The position numbers were made by a program, and so were the translations under genes. Shown here in pieces: positions 48,673 through 64,000 of a stretch of DNA of 64,000 nucleotides (positions within the stretch are counted from its first letter, which is position 1; every line of letters starts with the position of its first letter). Source of the stretch: Eledone cirrhosa (lineage: Eukaryota); assembly GCA_964016885.1 (NCBI GenBank), contig OZ024743.1, forward strand, positions 366,606,001 to 366,670,000. Reading direction: 5' to 3'. The notes below the pieces were generated by a model that worked only from the letters and a program-made list of their open reading frames with translations, was not told the DNA's origin and searched no databases.

Positions 48673-49581
48673 TTATATATATATCCTCTAATATATAACT
48701 TTTCCAAATTTTACATTTTATTAAAGCTTCGCTTCATGAGTTAATAACCGTGTTTTTATCATATATTTTTGAATATCCAAATATGTGTTCTGCTTATGCA
48801 TACATACATACATACATACATACATACATACATACATACATACATACATACATACATACATACATACATACATACACACACACAACACATATATGTGGTT
48901 GTGTGTGTTTATATATATGTGTCTGTGTATATTATGTTTGTGTGTATTATGTGTGTGTATATATATGTATATATGTATGTATGCATGTATCTATGTGTGT
49001 ATGTGCGCGTTCCCAATTGTCTTATACTTATTTTGTCAGAATTTGTATGTGCGAAATAGATACATTTTACCTATTTTATGTAAGATTCTGGTTTCAAGGG
49101 AAATAACTCATATATATGTTAGTTTATATAAATGTTGAGAGTTATTTCCCTTATACTAATTGCGCTTTTACGCCTTTTTTATATTTCGTTCTTCGTTTTT
49201 TTCCCATCATTTTTTTAAAATATATATTTACCGCTTTTCGCTGTGAATATTGTTGAGCGATGCAACATACTCAAAATCTATGAAAACTACCATTTATATA
49301 CTCTTTCTCCCTCTCTCCAGCACGTACACTCACACACATATTTAAAAAGGTAAGCTATTTTCGGGTGAGAAAAAACCCTACTTGTTATAGATAGAATTAC
49401 TTCAATCATAGATTTGCGTAATTAAGGACCACCGTGGCCTAAACAAGAATAGCAACTAAAAATAAATCCTATGATTGCACATTAATGTGTCTTACTTTTG
49501 AAATCTTTATAATTTTAAGATAATAACAATGATTAGATTTAACAGTAACATTCAATTAGAGTGTGTTTGACACCACCCTGA

Positions 49582-49757
49582 TTATCAGTAGAGGGTTGGA
49601 CGCCATGCTTTGTAGCATAGTTACGTCCCTTTACAGTCTGAGTTCAAATCCCGCCGAGGTTAACTTTGCCTTTCATCCTTACGGGGGTCGATAAAATAAA
49701 GTACCAGTAATGTACTGGGTAATTGCTGGTCTTGTGCCAAAAGTAGAAACAATTATT
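49582..49757 (+). mobile_element. SINE family 1
   Basis: Matches 37335-37508. Confidence 0.85.
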
Positions 49758-51142
49758 TATTAACACTAGATATTAATAAATATATCTCCATTTCATTAAA
49801 GTACATTACAATAAAGATGGACACAACACACAAGTCATAAACTCATATGACACTTATATCTTTATTTATATACCAAGTTTTATAATCTCGTGGGATGCAG
49901 TCAGCACTAAAAGTGGACGGCAGTGGGATTTGTTAGGTTCACGGATCAGAAAGACAAGCGTTAGGGAAACTCTGATGGACAAAATAACAACGATATATAA
50001 TTAACTTTATTTTTAAAGCTATTTTTATGCTTATATATATTTTTTCTTCCCTCATTAATTGCTTTACCTGCTTCGTTAATTTTTCTGCTTTCTGTTTCTT
50101 TCCTTTGTGCACAAAATATGCATTATTCATCAATTTTGTCTCATTTTTGTTGTTGAATTAAAAACTGATAAAATAATCTCTTTTAAAAATATACCATAGA
50201 AATTTTATTTAAATTTATTTATTCATATATATATTTATAAGATTCTATATTTTCGATATATTTTAAATAAATTTTACTGTAATGTAAAACAAAATAAGGA
50301 AAGTTATAACAGAACTTTTAGTATAATATTTCTTTACTATTTTACTAGTTTCGGTCATTAGACTGTGGTCATACTGGGGCACCACCTATATTGAACACAT
50401 TCATTTAAATAGTTCTTCTAAGAGAATAATTTAAGATAATTACTGAACGTTCTTTATGCAAACTCATCTTTAACTAATAAAGAAAAACAACTAATTAAAT
50501 AAACAAATAAATAAGTTAAATTTTTTTTTAATATTTTTCTTATACATTTGAAACGAAGAAAATTTCAAAATATACTATATTTCTTTTTATTTGAAATATA
50601 ACTTTTAGTATATTTTATAAGCCAATAATCTATCAGCTCAGCAATTATTTCAAAATGTTTTATATCTAGTTGTTGTTGTTTTTATTTATTTTTTAGATTA
50701 AAAGTGCTGCTTATTTAAATGTTCTTCTTACATTTGAGTGATTAAGTGATTTCATTATTCTGAATGAGGTGAATAATATAGTTTGAGCTTACAAGCCATT
50801 CTTACTGTATTTGTCCCTGGCATTATATAAAGGTTTTTAAGTAATCCATGTAACTAACTTTAATTCAACATGTAGTGAAGAATGGACCCTTTAATTCATT
50901 ATATTTAAATAGTTATAATCTTAAAAGAGAATAACTAAATATAGCCTAATACTCACAGGGAGCCTTTTCTATTAAGAAGAAGTTTACTTTTAAATGTGTA
51001 CCCGAAACCAAGAGAGAAATGAACTGTGATGTCAAAATGCATGAGATATTTGTATACAGTACTCTATACAGTATCGATAGGATCAAAGAATTATTGTATA
51101 TGCATCCCATTCATGCAATAACATTACAAAATATATATGTAT

Positions 51143-51235
51143 ATGGCCTAATGGTTAGACAGTCGGACATATGATTGCAAGGTCATGTGTTTGATTCCTG
51201 GCCCAGGCGGCACATTGTGTTTTTGTGCAAAATAC
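51143..51235 (+). mobile_element. tRNA-like SINE head relic
   Basis: TGGCCTAATGGTTAGAC (A box) and TTTGATTCCTGG (B-box-like), then a decayed CORE-like start. Confidence 0.55.
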
Positions 51236-51238
51236 ATG

Positions 51239-51286
<48 letters not shown>

Positions 51287-51367
51287 TATGTATATATATA
51301 TATATATATACATATATATGTATATATATATATATATATATGTACATATATATATGTATATATATAC

Positions 51368-51411
<44 letters not shown>

Positions 51412-51585
51412 GTATATATATACATATACATATATATGTATATATATACATATACATATATATATATATATGTATATATATACATATATATATATACATA
51501 CATATATATATACACACATATATATATATATATATGTATATATATACATATATATATATACACATATATACATACATATATATAT

Positions 51586-51634
<49 letters not shown>

Positions 51635-51760
51635 TATACATATATATATATGTATATTTGTAAAGTCTATTATGTGTGTGTCTGTGTGTAAATCTTTTAA
51701 TAATTGTATATATGTGTATATATATATATGTATATATATACATATATATATTTATATATA

Positions 51761-51796
<36 letters not shown>

Positions 51797-51853
51797 TGTA
51801 TGTATGTATGTATGTATGTATATATATATGTATGTATGTATGTATATATATAT

Positions 51854-52249
51854 GGGAGAGATGACCCCCTTAGTCTTTGTCAAGGCAGAATTCTAGGAGA
51901 AGGAAAACTCTGATATAACACCTGCAACCCTGATGGTATCCAATGATGTTGACTTGTTCTTCTTTTTGGTAAATATCATCTTGGTTAAGAGAGTGGGACT
52001 GGCTTTGTGCAGTGCCTTTGCTCACGGCACAGGCATTGCTTTATATCTGGAGATCTCTCTGCACTTGTCGTCACATGGTACCATGGGCCTAGCACTGTTT
52101 CAATAATTGTCACAAGTGTAGTGTTTGTACCAGAGTTTTCAAGTCGCTGGCTGGACTAAAAAGTCACACTCGTTCAGCGCGTCGGTAGGGGTTCTCCTAC
52201 ATGGATATAAAGTAGTGGCCGTACTCAAAAACGAGTTGGCAGCCACCAT
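51854..52249 (+). mobile_element. bipartite RTE-derived element, 5'-truncated
   Basis: Matches 35655-36064 with the same 3' end. Confidence 0.8.
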
Positions 52250-52338
52250 ATATATATGTATGTATGTATGCATATATATATATATGTATGTATGTATATA
52301 TATATATGTATGTATGTATGTATATATATATATGTATG

Positions 52339-52393
<55 letters not shown>

Positions 52394-52683
52394 GTATATA
52401 TATACATATATATATATATATGTATATATATATGTATGTATATATATATATATATATGTATATATATACATATATAGATGTATATATATACATATATATA
52501 TATATGTATATATATACATATATATATATATATGTATATATATACATATATATGTATATATATACGTATATTTATGTATATATATACATATATATATATG
52601 TATATATACACATATATATATATGTATATATATACATATATATATATGTATATATATACATATATATATATGTATATATACAC

Positions 52684-52764
<81 letters not shown>

Positions 52765-52959
52765 GATATATGTATATGTATGTCATATAACATTGTCTAA
52801 ATATTTTTAAAATTCCAAATTTTGTTTAGAAATCTTTGAGAAATCCACATGACATGTCTTTTATCTATGTTATTGCCTAGGTTCTTGATCCTCAAGAGAT
52901 TTTTATCCATATATATTTGCTTATAAAGTTTCAATATATAATTTTTTCCATTTTACCAG

Positions 52960-53124
52960 ATAACAAATGGTCTAAATGGAGTGGATGGGCAAACTGCAGT
53001 TCTAAATGTGGTGGAGGACTCCAGTATCGCAAACGTAGCTGTCTGTCTTCTCATCCTGATGTACTGGCTTACTGTAAAGGACCCAGAATGGAAGTGATGC
53101 ATTGCAATATGCAACCATGTCATG
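52960..53124 (+). CDS. host gene exon encoding one thrombospondin type-1 repeat
   Basis: Pyrimidine tract and CAG acceptor, 165 nt, G|GTAACT donor, phase 1-1. (D)NKWSKWSGWANCSSKCGGGLQYRKRSCLSSHPDVLAYCKGPRMEVMHCNMQPCH has the WxxWxxW, CSxxCGGG, RxRxC and CNxxPC motifs. Gene identity cannot be fixed from one exon. Confidence 0.92.
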
Positions 53125-53721
53125 GTAACTTAACCTCCTTCTCTGATTGTTGAACGAGATTTAAAAAAAAAGAAAAACGGTAGTGTGTGAATAATATTCT
53201 TAAGGTCAACTTTTTCCCAACGACAGCCACTTCTAGGACTTGTCACTAATTCAGTTCTCAACCAAATTTGATCAGGTTTTTGCACTAGAATGGACTCATC
53301 CCAGGCTACATTTTGGTATAAGGAAATTGAAATTTGGGTCAGTAGAAAAGAAGTTACGCTAAAATATGTGTGGTCAAGTAGTGGGGGATAAGGCACCTCA
53401 TTGACTTTGACTCATCATAACTTTTAAAATTTCATGCTGCTATCTCAGTAGATAGAACTCGATAAGCTGAATCGAAATTTGTCAATATTGAAAAGATTGG
53501 TGCCATAGAAATAGAGTTGTGTGACTTTAAGTGACGAAATCAGAGTAACGCTGAGGGACATAACTCTAGTATAAATCCATCGTAGCTGTACTAAGTAGTT
53601 TCCCTTAAGTAACTCAAATAAACATTATCGAGAATTTTATCATATGATACCAAAAGAACAGAAATTGGCATTAGTGGGCATTCATTGTGGAAATACTTTC
53701 AATATGATGAGCTAACCATTA

Positions 53722-53753
<32 letters not shown>

Positions 53754-53813
53754 CATATAATATATATATATTATATATAATATATATATATATAATATAT
53801 ATATATAACATAT

Positions 53814-53845
<32 letters not shown>

Positions 53846-53908
53846 ATATATATATATATATAATATATAATATATATATATATAATATATAATATATATA
53901 TATATAAT

Positions 53909-53995
<87 letters not shown>

Positions 53996-54171
53996 ATATG
54001 TATATATATAATATGTATATATATAATATATATAATATGTATATATATAATATGTATATATATAATATGTATATATATAATATGTATATATATAATATGT
54101 ATATATATAATATGTATATATATAATATATATATATATATAATATATATAATATGTATATATATAATATAT

Positions 54172-54300
<129 letters not shown>

Positions 54301-54302
54301 TA

Positions 54303-54368
<66 letters not shown>

Positions 54369-54406
54369 ATATATATATATATATTATATATATAATATAT
54401 ATATAT

Positions 54407-57400
54407 GGAAAGTCATATTTAAATTGTTGGGTTACAACTAGTAAATATTTATAACTGATATAAAAGCACTCGACAAGTATTTGGAGTATATTTACGATAT
54501 TAAATAAATGGAAACTATATTTATAAAACCATATCTATTTCATTATATATATTTCAGGGATATCATATTAACAATATGCTATGCCTTCCTCAGATAAAAT
54601 ACAATATAAACAGTTTTATAGATAAATAGATTTGACATACCGTACAACATCGACTTGTATTTGAAAAGTTGAATTGGCAGTGAAAAAATTGTACACAGAG
54701 AGAAAGAAAGAGAGAAAAAAGACAGAAAACGAAGAGAAAAAGAAGAAAAAGAAGAAATGCATGGAACAAAATAGAGAGATGGAAAGATAGATAAAGAGAA
54801 GAACTTCATGTAAAGAAACAGAGAGAGATATATATAGAGAGAGAGAGAGGAAATAGAGATAGATATATATATAGAAAACTAGGTAGTGGGACATCCGTTG
54901 AGTAAACGTATCAATGATACATTTATTTATTTATTTATTTATTTAGCTCTAGTATTAATGTAAGGGAGATATATGTGGTTAGGAGAGAAACCAGCTGTTA
55001 TATAGAGAGAAAAATTAAAAGTAACCAGACATAGGCGAGGCATAAAAACCCTATGTTTTAATGTAGAGGTATTAGTATGTATAAAAACCAGCCACTATAT
55101 TGTAAATATCAGTATTCCTGAATGAGACATGTATCCATAATGTGTGAAAAGTAATGATCTTATGTTTAGTTTTTTAAAAAAAAATTCATATGTTTATGTG
55201 ATAACTACAAACATCTATGTGAATTTACATGATCAACTCTGCAAACCCTAAATTCACGGAAAACATTCTCATTGTGCTATAAAAATTTAAGTATACATAT
55301 ATGTGTATATATATACACACATATATATAGAGAGTCTATATTACTGCTATTCTTGTCTTTACTCTACAAGATTATCTATCAAGCAGAAATAGAGAGCAGA
55401 TTTCAATATATTAATAAAAAAATATATATCAGAAACAAAAACCAAAAAATAACAATAATAATAATAATAATAAATAATAATAAAATAGAAAACTAAAAAA
55501 TATTACGAAAGAATATTACATATTAAAAATATTACATATTAAAAATATTACATATTAAAAATAAAAATATTAGAAAATACTACAATAATAAAAATAAACC
55601 ACAAAGATCAACCCTTCAAAATTAATTGACAATATATTGCCAAGTTCATTATAAGCATCAGAGTCGAAAAACAGATAAAGCTAAAAATTATTTATCAAAT
55701 CGCATCTAACAAAAATCATTTCAAAAAGTTTAGGATGCCCATTTGGTCTACATGTGTTCTTATATTTAATATAGAAGTTTATCTAGTGTAACGTTTATTC
55801 GAAATATTTGGAGCATCAACTTTTAGGGTAGTTTAATTTTTCATGAAGAATGTTTAAATAAAAATAAAAATAAAAAGAATAAAAAGAAGAAATCGAAAGA
55901 TTTATCGGCTAGTTTCCCATATAATTATAAATCAAACTAAATATACTACATTTTAAATTTAAATTTATATTTAAAAGTTGAGTTTAATCTATGTTTGCAG
56001 CAACTGAATAAATTTGTCCGTAGATTAAGGGAATTTTTAGATTTTAGTATAAAGAATATCTCCTCTGCGCAGAGGTCACATGTCTCAGAGGATGAATTAA
56101 AAGGAATCCCTCTTGAGACTATATTCAAGCCGTCGAATATCTAACGTTATCTAGCTTAAGTTGCCAGAGTACGCCTGATAGTGCCGTTGAAGATTGTTTG
56201 CTTGGATCTGTGAAAGAATTCTTGTGGTTATTATAGCGAAGTTTAAATTCCGTCGATGTGGAACCGACGTAGTTAAAAGAATTAGAGTCAGTTTTAACAT
56301 TACAATTGTAATACTATATTTTTTAACTAAGCAGTTGTTATTTAACGGACATTTAGATCTATCTCTACAGTTACATTTGTTAACTTGTATATTATTTATG
56401 CTATTATCACTAGGTTTTAAGTTCCCTATTATTTATTCTATTAATATTTTGTGCTAAATTTTTGGTGGATGAGTAGGTTAATTTTTATAGTATGTCTATT
56501 GAAAATTGAGTGATACCTATATGTTCTAGGGAAGCGATTATCAAGAGCTTTAAAAAAATAGTTTTAGCGATGTGGGTTTTAATGTTTAGTGAGAAAGGGG
56601 GGGGGGGCAAAACCAAATTATGTTCCTAGTTCTATTTCTTTTTTTGGCCTTTGGAATTATTGTAATGCTTTCTATTATAGTTGTTAAGGTTGTTGCCGTA
56701 ATTAAAATAGTTGTTATTTTGTTTAGTTTGTCTATCATTATCTATGTACATAATCTTATCAGTATATTCCTGCTCTAGCTAACGCTTCATTGTAGTATTG
56801 GGCTTTTTCGTCGAAAATCTTAGAATCTCGTCGAATAGAAAGATTTTCGACGAAAAAGCCCAATACTACAATGAAGCGTTAGCTAGAGCAGGATATACTG
56901 ATAAGATTATGTACATAGATAATGATAGACAAACTAAACAAAATAACAACTATTTTAATTACGGCAACAACCTTAACAACTATAATAGAAAGCATTACAA
57001 TAATTCCAAAGGCCAAAAAAGAAATAGAACTAGGAACATAATTTGGTTTGCCCCCCCTTTCTCACTAAACATTAAAACCCACATCGCTAAACTATTTTTT
57101 AAAGCTCTTGCATTTTTAAAGCCCTTACATTAATACTAGAGCTAAATAAATAAATAAATAAATGTATCATTGATACGTTTACTCAACGGATGTCCCACTA
57201 CCTAGTTTTCTATATATATATCTATCTCTATTTCCTCTCTCTAACTTTTCAAATACAAGTCGATGTTGTACGGTATGTCAAATCTATTTATCTATAAAAC
57301 TGTTTATATTGTATTTTATCTGAGGAAGGCATAGCATATTGTTAATATGATATCCCTGAAATATATATAATGAAATAGATATGGTTTTGTAAATATAGTT

Positions 57401-57420
57401 TCCATTTATTTAATATCGTA
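54407..57420 (-). mobile_element. Neptune-type Penelope-like element, 5'-truncated with inversion
   Basis: Frameshifted ORF on minus 56820-55946 (RNIIWF..PPFSLNIKT; CPLNNNCL; NYVGSTSTEFKLRYNNHKNSF; CDLCAEE; CCKHR). Hammerhead repeat at 54407-54970. Inverted copies at 56840-57110 (ORF) and 57122-57420 (terminal repeat). Confidence 0.88.
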
Positions 57421-57438
57421 TAATATATATATATATAT

Positions 57439-57480
<42 letters not shown>

Positions 57481-57496
57481 TATTATATATATATAT

Positions 57497-57541
<45 letters not shown>

Positions 57542-57574
57542 TAATATATATATATATACATTATATATATATAC

Positions 57575-57634
<60 letters not shown>

Positions 57635-57677
57635 TATATATATATACATTATATATATATACATATATATAATATAT

Positions 57678-57722
<45 letters not shown>

Positions 57723-57774
57723 ATATATAATATATATATATATATATAATATATATATATATAATATATATATA

Positions 57775-57882
<108 letters not shown>

Positions 57883-58034
57883 ATATATATATATATATAT
57901 AATATATATATTATATATATATAATATATATATAATATATATATATATATAATATATATATAATATATATATATATATAATATATATATAATATATATAT
58001 ATATATAATATATATATAATATATATATATATAT

Positions 58035-58095
<61 letters not shown>

Positions 58096-58107
58096 ATATA
58101 TATATAT

Positions 58108-58194
<87 letters not shown>

Positions 58195-58551
58195 TATATA
58201 TATATAATATATATATATAATATATATATATAGATATAGATATATATATATATAGATATATATATATATATATAATATATATATTAGATATAGATATATA
58301 TATATATATATATAATATATATATTATATATATATTATATATATATATATATAATATATATATTATATATATATATATATAATATATATATAATATATAT
58401 ATATATAATATATATATTATATATATATATATATAATATATATATTATATATATATATATAATATATATATATATATATTATATATATATTATATAATAT
58501 ATATATATATAATATATATATTATATATATATATATTATATATATATATAT

Positions 58552-58739
58552 ATAATTGTTTCTACTTTAGGCACAAGGCCAGCAATTACCCAGTGCATTA
58601 CTGGTACTTTATTTTATCGACCCCGTAAGGATGAAAGGCAAAGTCAACCTCGGCGGGATTTGAACTCAGATCGTAAAGGGACGTAACTATGCTGGAAAGC
58701 ATGGCGTCCGACTCTCTACCGATACTGCCAATCCACCGC
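58552..58739 (-). mobile_element. SINE family 1
   Basis: Nearly identical to 711-899. Confidence 0.9.
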
Positions 58740-59002
58740 TCTTCAGATATGTTGATTTAAAACTGCACTATCCACAAGTGTTTTTTAACCTTCATATCAT
58801 GTCTTCCTATTTTATCTGATGAAAACACAATTATTATTGCATGATGATATTTGTTTTTGAAATGCGCATAATAACATACATGGAACTCTTTTAACCATCT
58901 TTTGTTCTTATATATTATGTATACTCCAGTCCTACAAACTGTAGAGTGCTTCTTATCCGATATCTGCATTGCTTTATTGTACTACAATAAAACTCGCCTC
59001 CT

Positions 59003-59041
<39 letters not shown>

Positions 59042-59049
59042 TATTATAT

Positions 59050-59119
<70 letters not shown>

Positions 59120-59144
59120 GGTGATTCTATAGACATGTTTTATG

Positions 59145-59278
<134 letters not shown>

Positions 59279-59413
59279 GGTGATTCTATAGACATGTTTT
59301 ATGATATATATATATATTATATATATATATATATAGATATATTTATATATATGTATATATATTATATTTATATATATGTATATATATTATATATATCTAT
59401 ATATTATATATAT

Positions 59414-59444
<31 letters not shown>

Positions 59445-59573
59445 ATATATATATATATATATTATATATAATATATATATATATATAATATATATATATA
59501 ATATATATAATATATATATATATATTATATATAATATATATATATATAATATATATAATATATATATATATAT

Positions 59574-59648
<75 letters not shown>

Positions 59649-59757
59649 ATATATATATATATATAATATATATATATAATATATATATAATATATATATA
59701 TAATATATATATATATATAATATATATATATATAATATATATATATATAATATATAT

Positions 59758-60096
59758 ATCATCATCATTTCATTTTACGTCCACTTTTTCCCTGCTTGCA
59801 AGGGTGGGACGGGAACTGATTTTGGCTTGATTTCTACAGCTGGATGCCCTTTCTAACACCAACCTCATTTACAGTGAGTGCTGGGTGCTTTTTTGCCGTG
59901 GCACCTCCACGACCACTTTACAGTGGAATGATAGGGACCCCAGTCCCTATCATCTCATTTCTACAGCTGAGTAAACTGGAGCAATGTGAAATAAAGTGTC
60001 TTGCTCAAGGAAACAACACATCACCCGGTCTAAGAATTGAACTCACAACCTTTCGATTGCAAGGCCAATGCTCTAACCACTAAGCCATGTGCCTCC
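59758..60096 (-). mobile_element. SINE family 2, full length
   Basis: Reverse complement of 22693-23052. Confidence 0.9.
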
Positions 60097-60100
60097 ATGA

Positions 60101-60144
<44 letters not shown>

Positions 60145-60173
60145 TATATATTATATATATATAATATATATAT

Positions 60174-62771
60174 ATCATCATCATCATCAACGTTTAACGT
60201 CCGTGTTCCACGCTTGCATGGGTTTGGACGGGGGTAGTCCCACTTGAGGCAAGAGTGATTGTCTTGCTCGCATAGGACTGTCTGGCAGGTTTTCTACAGT
60301 TGGATGCCCTTCCTAACACCAACCACATTTACAGTGTGGGTCTGGGAGGTTTTTACCGTGTTGCCTACACGGCCACATTACAGCGTGGACTGTGTGTTTT
60401 TTTGTCGTGACACCTACACGATCTCATTTGTTTCGGCCTCGATGGCGCGGCACCAACATAACTTTACATAGAACGGGGTGGTGTGGATGGGGTGGGGGTG
60501 ATGGTGGTGGGACGGGGTGTATTTTGTTAGAGATGCCTACTGGCTGGAGTAGGTTTTACTATATATTTAGGTAAGGCGGGTCTTCTCTGTTACTGAGTAC
60601 CGCCAAAGGTCTCGGTCCAGTGACATTGTCTTGGAGAGGTGTAAGTGTGTGATGTCGGAGTTTATCAGCTCGTCCCAGGTTTTTCTAGGTCTGCCTATTC
60701 CGTGACTACCGTCTATCTTTATTGCCCTGCACTTTGTTATACAGCTATCGACTTTCATGCGCATCACGTGTCCATACCTAAACAACATCTGATCCCTCTT
60801 ATCTCTAATTTTTTCCTTAGTTCGTTTATGCTTTGCCGTTCACGTATATTACTGTTACACATCCAGTGGAGCATGCAAGCTTCGTTCCTCTCTAGTCTGC
60901 GTATATCCTCTGCACACAATGCCCAGGTCTCACTGCCATGCAGCATTGCTGTTCGTATGCAGGCATCGTACAACCTGCCTTTCATTTTTAGGGAGAACCC
61001 TTTAGCAGCTAATAGTGGTATAAGCTCTCTGAACTTTTTCCAACCAGTTCTGACTCTAGCTACAGTACTTTCAGAGCACCCTCCCCCACTGCTGATTTTA
61101 TCGCCCAGGTAACGGAAGCTGTCCACTATTTCTATAGAACCCGCTGCGCAATTGAAAGAGCTAGTATTTTGTGGGCACTTGCTGCTACTTATTGCACCAG
61201 AACACCGGCCACATGTAAAATCTATGTTCTTAGTTAGCTTACCTGTGATCCCACTACATCTTTTATGCACCCATACTTTGCATTTAGGACATAAAATGGA
61301 GTTTCTACCTACGCCTTTCCTACACACCGAGCACGACCATTTCCCGGAAGGGACCGCCGCCTTGTTTTCTTTCCTACAAACTAGTACTTTGGTCTTAGCC
61401 AGGTTAATTTTAAGTCCTTTTGACTCTAGGCCGTGCTTCCATGTTTGGAATTTCTTCTCTAGCTCGGCCATTGATTCCGCTATGAGTGTCAGGTCGTCTG
61501 CGTATAGGAGTTCCCATGGGCAGCCTGTCTTGAACTCCTCTGTTATAGCCTGAAGGGCAATAATAAATAGTAGGGGGCTGAGAACAGAGCCCTGATGGAC
61601 GCCAACTTTTACGCTAAACTCTTCACTATATTCGTTGTTAATTCTAACCTTGCTGACTGTTTCTTTATACATGGCTTGTATAGCCCTCACAAGCCATTCG
61701 TCAACGCCTAGTTTTCTAAGAGCCCACCAGATAATGGAGCGGGGGACTCTGTCGAAGGCTTTCTCCAAGTCGACAAAAGCTAAGTAGAGGGGTTTACCTT
61801 TAGCTAGGTACTTCTCCTGTAGTTGTCGTACTATGAAAAGAGCGTCTGTGGTACTTTTGCCTGACACAAACCCGAACTGCATTTCATCTAGGTCAATTCT
61901 CTCTCTGATTAGTTGCGCTATTACTTTTTCCGTGACCTTCATGACCTGGTCGATTAATTTAATGCCTCTATAGTTACTCCTATCTAGGGCGTCTCCTTTA
62001 CCCTTATAACAGTTAATGATGATGCTGCTATGCCAGTCCTTTGGAACAACCCCATTCTGTACGACTTGGTTAACTATGCGGGTGACCATGGTGTGTCCCA
62101 CCGTGCCAGATGCCTTCAGCATCTCAGCAACTATTTCCGAAGGCCCAGCCGCCTTACCCGTCTTCATATTCTTGATTGCCTTACTTATTATACTCCCCTC
62201 GACTAACACTGCTGGTCCCTCTATTGGGTCGATATGGGGGAGACTGTCTTTCTCCCATTTATTCTCCTCATTTAGTAGCCTTTCATAGTGACACTTCCAA
62301 GCTACCTTCTTATCAGCGTCGGTGATGGCAAGTGTGCCATCGTCGTTTAGTACACACTTCTCCCCGACAATATCACGGTTTTCCTTGACGCATTGCCTAG
62401 CAATCCTGAACACCTCACGTTTTTGGTCATCGCGTTGTAGAAAATGCTTGAACTTTCTTTCCTCAGCTTCCCTTCTTGCTAAGTACACTTGTCTCCTAGC
62501 TTCCCTCCTGGCCACTTGATAGTCTTCTCCTACTTCCCCCATCCCGCCATACTTTCCAAGCCTGCTTTTTGGCCTTAATTGACCCCTTCACCTTACTGTT
62601 CCACCACCATGTTACTCTCCTCCTGCCTACAGGCCTGCTCCAGCCACAGACTTCGTCTGTCGCCAACAGCAGGTTTGCTTTCAGAAATTCCCACTCTCCC
62701 TCTATATTGTCCGACTCTAAATGTTCTTCCTTACTGTCGAAAGCATCAAGTAATATGCTTTGAAATTTATT

Positions 62772-62774
<3 letters not shown>
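60174..62774 (-). mobile_element. RTE family B copy, 5'-truncated and frameshifted
   Basis: Matches 24254-26878. Has a ~19 bp deletion near 60778 and a 1 bp indel near 62530. Confidence 0.93.
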
Positions 62775-62819
<45 letters not shown>

Positions 62820-62909
62820 ATATATAATATATATATATATAATATATATATATATATAATATATATATATATAATATATATATATATAATATATATATAT
62901 ATAATATAT

Positions 62910-62941
<32 letters not shown>

Positions 62942-63103
62942 ATATATATATATATATAATATATATATATATATAATATATATATATATATAATATATAT
63001 AATATATATAATATATATATATATATATAATATATATATATATATAATGTATATATATATATATAATATATATATATATAATATATATATATATATAATA
63101 TAT

Positions 63104-63158
<55 letters not shown>

Positions 63159-63192
63159 ATATATATATATAATATATATATATAATATATAT

Positions 63193-63224
<32 letters not shown>

Positions 63225-63299
63225 ATATATATATATATATAATATATATATATAATATATATATATAATATATATATATATATATAATATATATATAAT

Positions 63300-63367
<68 letters not shown>

Positions 63368-63435
63368 CCCACACACAAACAAAATGGCGTAGGATAGAAG
63401 AAAGGAAAGGCACAGAAACGAAGAAAGAAATCCCC

Positions 63436-63480
63436 AGTCACTGAAGAGGTCACAGAGTGTGTGACGAAAGAACTATGACT
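63436..63480 (+). ncRNA. minimal type I hammerhead ribozyme
   Basis: AGTCA-CTGAAGA-G-GTCAC(AGAGTGT)GTGAC-GAAA-GAAC-TA|TGACT, inside a ~330 bp unique segment between TA tracts. Confidence 0.75.
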
Positions 63481-63764
63481 ATATATATATAAACAACTAT
63501 CTGGTTGTGGAACCAACCAACCAACCAGAAATTTATAAATTTGTAAATTTATAAATATATAATAAATTAAATTGAAGTGAAAGCAACTGGTGCGTGTGTT
63601 TCTTATTGGCAACATGACCCTCCCAAAGTATAACAATATCGGTTTCAACACACGATTTCAGATAAAGAATCTTGCTAAACAAATTCAGAAACGAAATATA
63701 TATATATATATAATATATATATATAATATATATATATATAATATATATATATATAATATAATAT

Positions 63765-63796
<32 letters not shown>

Positions 63797-63797
63797 A

Positions 63798-64000
63798 TAT
63801 CATCATCATCATCATCATCACCGTTTTACGTCCGTTCTTCCACGCTAGCATGGGTTAGACGGGTTGTCCTGTTGTGGGCAGTGTCTGGTCGGCTGACCAT
63901 GCCTTGCTCATACAGGAACTGATCTGGCTTGATTTCTACAGCTGGATGCCCTTCCTAACACCAACCTCATTTACAGTGAGTGCTGGGTGCTTTTTCGTGG
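63798..64000 (-). mobile_element. RTE family A 3' end, running off the window
   Basis: Matches 14203-14404. Confidence 0.92.

Noticed and set aside
52917-53153. 78 aa ORF as a complete gene
   Set aside because: Clear splice sites delimit an internal exon (52960-53124), and the flanking codons are intronic.

Overview
AT-rich eukaryotic DNA, probably an octopus (inferred from the SINE types, RTE LINEs and very high (TA)n/(TATG)n content). It appears to be mostly intron of a + strand gene, of which one exon is visible: a phase 1-1 thrombospondin type-1 exon at 52960-53124. Most of the window is a nest of retroelements sitting in TA-rich microsatellites. These include two young RTE-clade LINE families with a PHD finger inside the RT region (one apparently full-length), R4/Dong-type LINE fragments, Penelope-like elements (PLEs), two tRNA-derived SINE families and a bipartite RTE-derived non-autonomous element. 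The main hidden signal is RNA catalysis: I count about 17 type I hammerhead ribozyme motifs from 5 sequence families. The best case is a 312-313 bp tandem array (29461-31577) with one hammerhead per highly structured unit and an internal strand inversion, which looks like a retrozyme producing circular RNA. Most of the others lie in fold-back PLE terminal repeats. All structures were read by eye and no folding or database search was run. The many Tyr/Ile ORFs are microsatellite artefacts.
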